Both the position numbers and the translations under genes were made by a program. A stretch of DNA of 63,504 bases, filler included, from Octopus bimaculoides (lineage: Eukaryota): assembly GCF_001194135.2 (NCBI RefSeq). It is 7 parts of 5 records of this genome, joined end to end, with 100 filler letters (N's around TTAATTAATTAA, not from the genome) between each part and the next. Parts side by side here need not be neighbours in the genome. Positions count along the whole stretch, not along the records: positions 55,055 to 62,234 come from NC_069008.1; positions 62,335 to 63,504 come from NC_068982.1; 5 more parts are not named here. One strand, given 5' to 3'. Every line of letters begins with the position of its first letter. The first letter of the stretch is position 1. Below are positions 61,180-63,504 of the stretch, one piece after another. Under the pieces are notes generated by a model. The model did no database searches, was not told the origin of the DNA, and saw only the letters and a list, made by a program, of their open reading frames with translations.

Positions 61180-61680
61180 CATAATTGTTTAACGTCCCCT
61201 TCCCATGTGGGCATGGCTTAAAATGTTTTGACAAGAGCTGCCCAGCTGGAGAGCTGTTTAGTCTCTGATTTGTCTGTTGTGGCAGGGTTTCTACAGCCAG
61301 ATGCTCTTCCTAATGCCAACCATTTTGCAGAGTGTGCTGGGTGCTTTGTGTGTTACTGACATCGGTGTATTTATGCAGCACCAGCACCTGTAAGGGCAAG
61401 CTTGTATGCATGTATGACAGTAATTTCATTTGATTCGTTGCATCTTCTCACGTTCAACAAAACACCACAACTCACAGTCCCTTGTCATTTCTTCAGAGAG
61501 GTCCAGTGCCTGAAGATCCTTTTTCAGCACTTTGTCCTACATCTTTCAAGGTCTACTGCTTCCACAGGTTCATTTCACAATTAGAGCTTAGCACTTCTTT
61601 ACGCAGTTGTCTCCATCCATATACATCACATGACCAAAGCAGCACAGACTTCTCTCTTGCACACATCTGATAACTCTTAT
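61180..61680 (-). mobile_element. RTE-clade LINE/SINE 3' fragment
   Basis: Minus strand VQERSLCCFGHVMYMDGDNCVKKC..KKDLQAL; tail ccatg..gggacgttaaac. Confidence 0.7.
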
Positions 61681-62019
61681 ATGTATTTTTTGTTTTAAAT
61701 CACTTATCCCTTAAGGGAGAGGCCATTAGTTACTAGCAAAGGTTGGAGCTCTCTGTATTTTGCCTAGCCCATGCATATATATAAGCATATATATGTACAC
61801 ACACACACACACACACACACATGCATATTTTATGTGCATATATGTATACATACACACATGTATATGTGTGCGTGTGTGCATATATAGTAGTCTCCTTTAG
61901 AGAGACTTAGAAATATTAATAACTCTATTTCTGAAAACCAGTGGATAGATTCCACTGAAATTAGATAAATAACCTTCGAGCAGATAGTCAGCAGCGCCGC
62001 CTGGCTAAGGCTTGGCTAC

Positions 62020-62066
62020 TCTGCATTGACAAGGGGCAACACCCTGAAACTAGTCTAGTCTGCAGA
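62020..62066 (+). ncRNA. Decayed type I hammerhead inside a 147-nt rod-like fold (61969-62115)
   Basis: TCTGCA-TTGACAA-GGGG CAACA CCCT-GAAAC-TAGTCTA-GTC/TGCAGA; two core transitions relative to CTGACGA. Confidence 0.5.
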
Positions 62067-62234
62067 TGCCAAACCAGCAGGGGGACACTGCTGACCTCCC
62101 CTGTTCGAAGGTTATAAAGGACACAGGTTTCGTGTGTCACATAGCTAGCTAGAGGCGATGGCTTCTTGGAGCTAATTCACGGCAGCTTTCGTCCTAATTT
62201 TGGGACTGCCATGTTGGCTAGGCGATAACTATTA

Positions 62235-62334
62235 NNNNNNNNNNNNNNNNNNNNNNNNNNNNNNNNNNNNNNNNNNNNTTAATTAATTAANNNNNNNNNN
62301 NNNNNNNNNNNNNNNNNNNNNNNNNNNNNNNNNN
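62235..62334. other. Artificial scaffold join with TTAATTAATTAA (62279-62290)
   Basis: Same cassette as 3942. Confidence 0.95.
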
Positions 62335-62542
62335 AATCGTTTTTTACAAAAAAAGTAAAAAATAATATATAAAAAAATAAATATACCAATACATTATATT
62401 GTCTTTGAGCTTTTAAAGTTCAATGGTAATCCATGTAGATAATAGTTGGAAAAATAAGGATGCATGAAATTCAGAGCTGTGTTAGGTTTAACAAAAGAAA
62501 AGGGACTGAAGGTTTATGTGTTAAGCAGGAAGTGTGGTGTCA

Positions 62543-62646
62543 AAACAGGAAGTGTGTGTAAGGGAAGACAAATCTGTGGGTTTTATACTCCAACTAAAGA
62601 GTATAAAACCCACAGATTTGTCTTCCCTTACACACACTTCCTGTTT
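62543..62646. repeat. Perfect 47-bp inverted repeat with a 10-nt loop
   Basis: 62543-62589 is the exact reverse complement of 62600-62646. Confidence 0.95.
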
Positions 62647-62844
62647 GGAATATTGTAACTTGTGATTCAACATTTCTTTGCTGCTACGTCTGTGTGAGTT
62701 CTTCTCCGTGTGTTTATTGTTATATATTTTTGAACTGTAAATTCAGTAACTGGTTGTTTAACAGTTGTTTTCGCCCTACGGGGCTGGAAATTACCAACAC
62801 AATTTTTTGTCTTTGCGACAAGATTTTTTGTCTTTGTGACAAGG

Positions 62845-63504
62845 ATGGCGTCAGCTGAGAGCAACGTTCCCATTCAGGGAGAAGGTATGCCAAAGGAAAA
62901 GCAAAGTTTTTCTCAGGCTGTTGGTGGAAACACCATAGAATTAAAAGTTGTAAAGGAAAGTTTGTACGCTTTCAGAAAGTACATCCAAAAGGTGGATGGT
63001 GAAACCAAATTGATTCCACCACCCGAGACCATCAATGCCCTGAAGGAAAAAAATTGTAGTATACAAAGTCTACAACATAAAGGAAAAAAAAATTACTGAA
63101 GTTCGTAAAGGACTAGTTGAAATGTGTCTAGCACCAATATGGTCAAAGGTTAGCCACGTCAACCGCGGAGTACGAAGTGCAACGGTTGAGGTGCACTTCG
63201 ACTCGGCTGAAGTGGCGAGGGAGGTATCAACGGAAACGTTGAAAAATGATACAATCATGTTGCTGCCCACTTACATGGGAAAAAGAACAGCACGGGTAAC
63301 CATAGAGGACATACCATTCAGATACGACGTAATGTGGGCGGCAGCAGCGGTAATATTCAACGTTGAGGAAAAAATAAATATTCTGAGTATGAAGAGGAAG
63401 GAAGCGACCAGCTGGAGAGGCCAGACTCTAGAAATTGTGGTCCAAGCAGAAAACAACACGTATGAAAATTTGCCCGATAGGGTGTTTGTGGGGGAGTGGC
63501 ACAC
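62845..63504 (+). mobile_element. Probable LINE (Tx1/L1-like) ORF1, 5' part, one +1 frameshift in an A9 run (63084-63092), open to the window end
   Basis: MASAESNVPIQGEGMPKEKQSFSQAV.. continues as KITEVRKG..TVEVHFDSAEVA..LLPTYMGKRTARVTIEDIP, resembling the RRM region of non-LTR ORF1 proteins; ORF2 not in the window. Confidence 0.55.

Overview
AT-rich, microsatellite- and gap-ridden animal genomic DNA, most likely cephalopod (Octopus-like; inferred from the SINE families). Seven sequence blocks are joined by artificial 44N-TTAATTAATTAA-44N spacers. The only host gene I can support is the C-terminal ~60% of a GMC (glucose-methanol-choline) oxidoreductase on the + strand: six exons at 26808-42930, 351 aa, all splice phases consistent. 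Its 5' exons are not visible. It keeps the catalytic His but has Lys where GMC enzymes normally have the second catalytic His/Asn. The rest is transposon relics: Tx1/L1, CR1-like, RTE and R4-like LINEs, a copia-type relic, mariner and Tc1 elements, MITEs, a Helitron helicase fragment, several tRNA-derived SINE families and at least three Penelope-like element (PLE) lineages. The most striking signal, invisible in the ORF track, is a set of type I hammerhead ribozyme motifs from about five unrelated sequence families within 43-62 kb. One sits behind a tRNA-like Pol III promoter right after a PLE GIY-YIG stop codon, one lies in a foldback in the probable GMC 3' UTR, and two share an unusual U.U pair at the base of helix II. 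All calls are by eye; no searches or folding programs were run.
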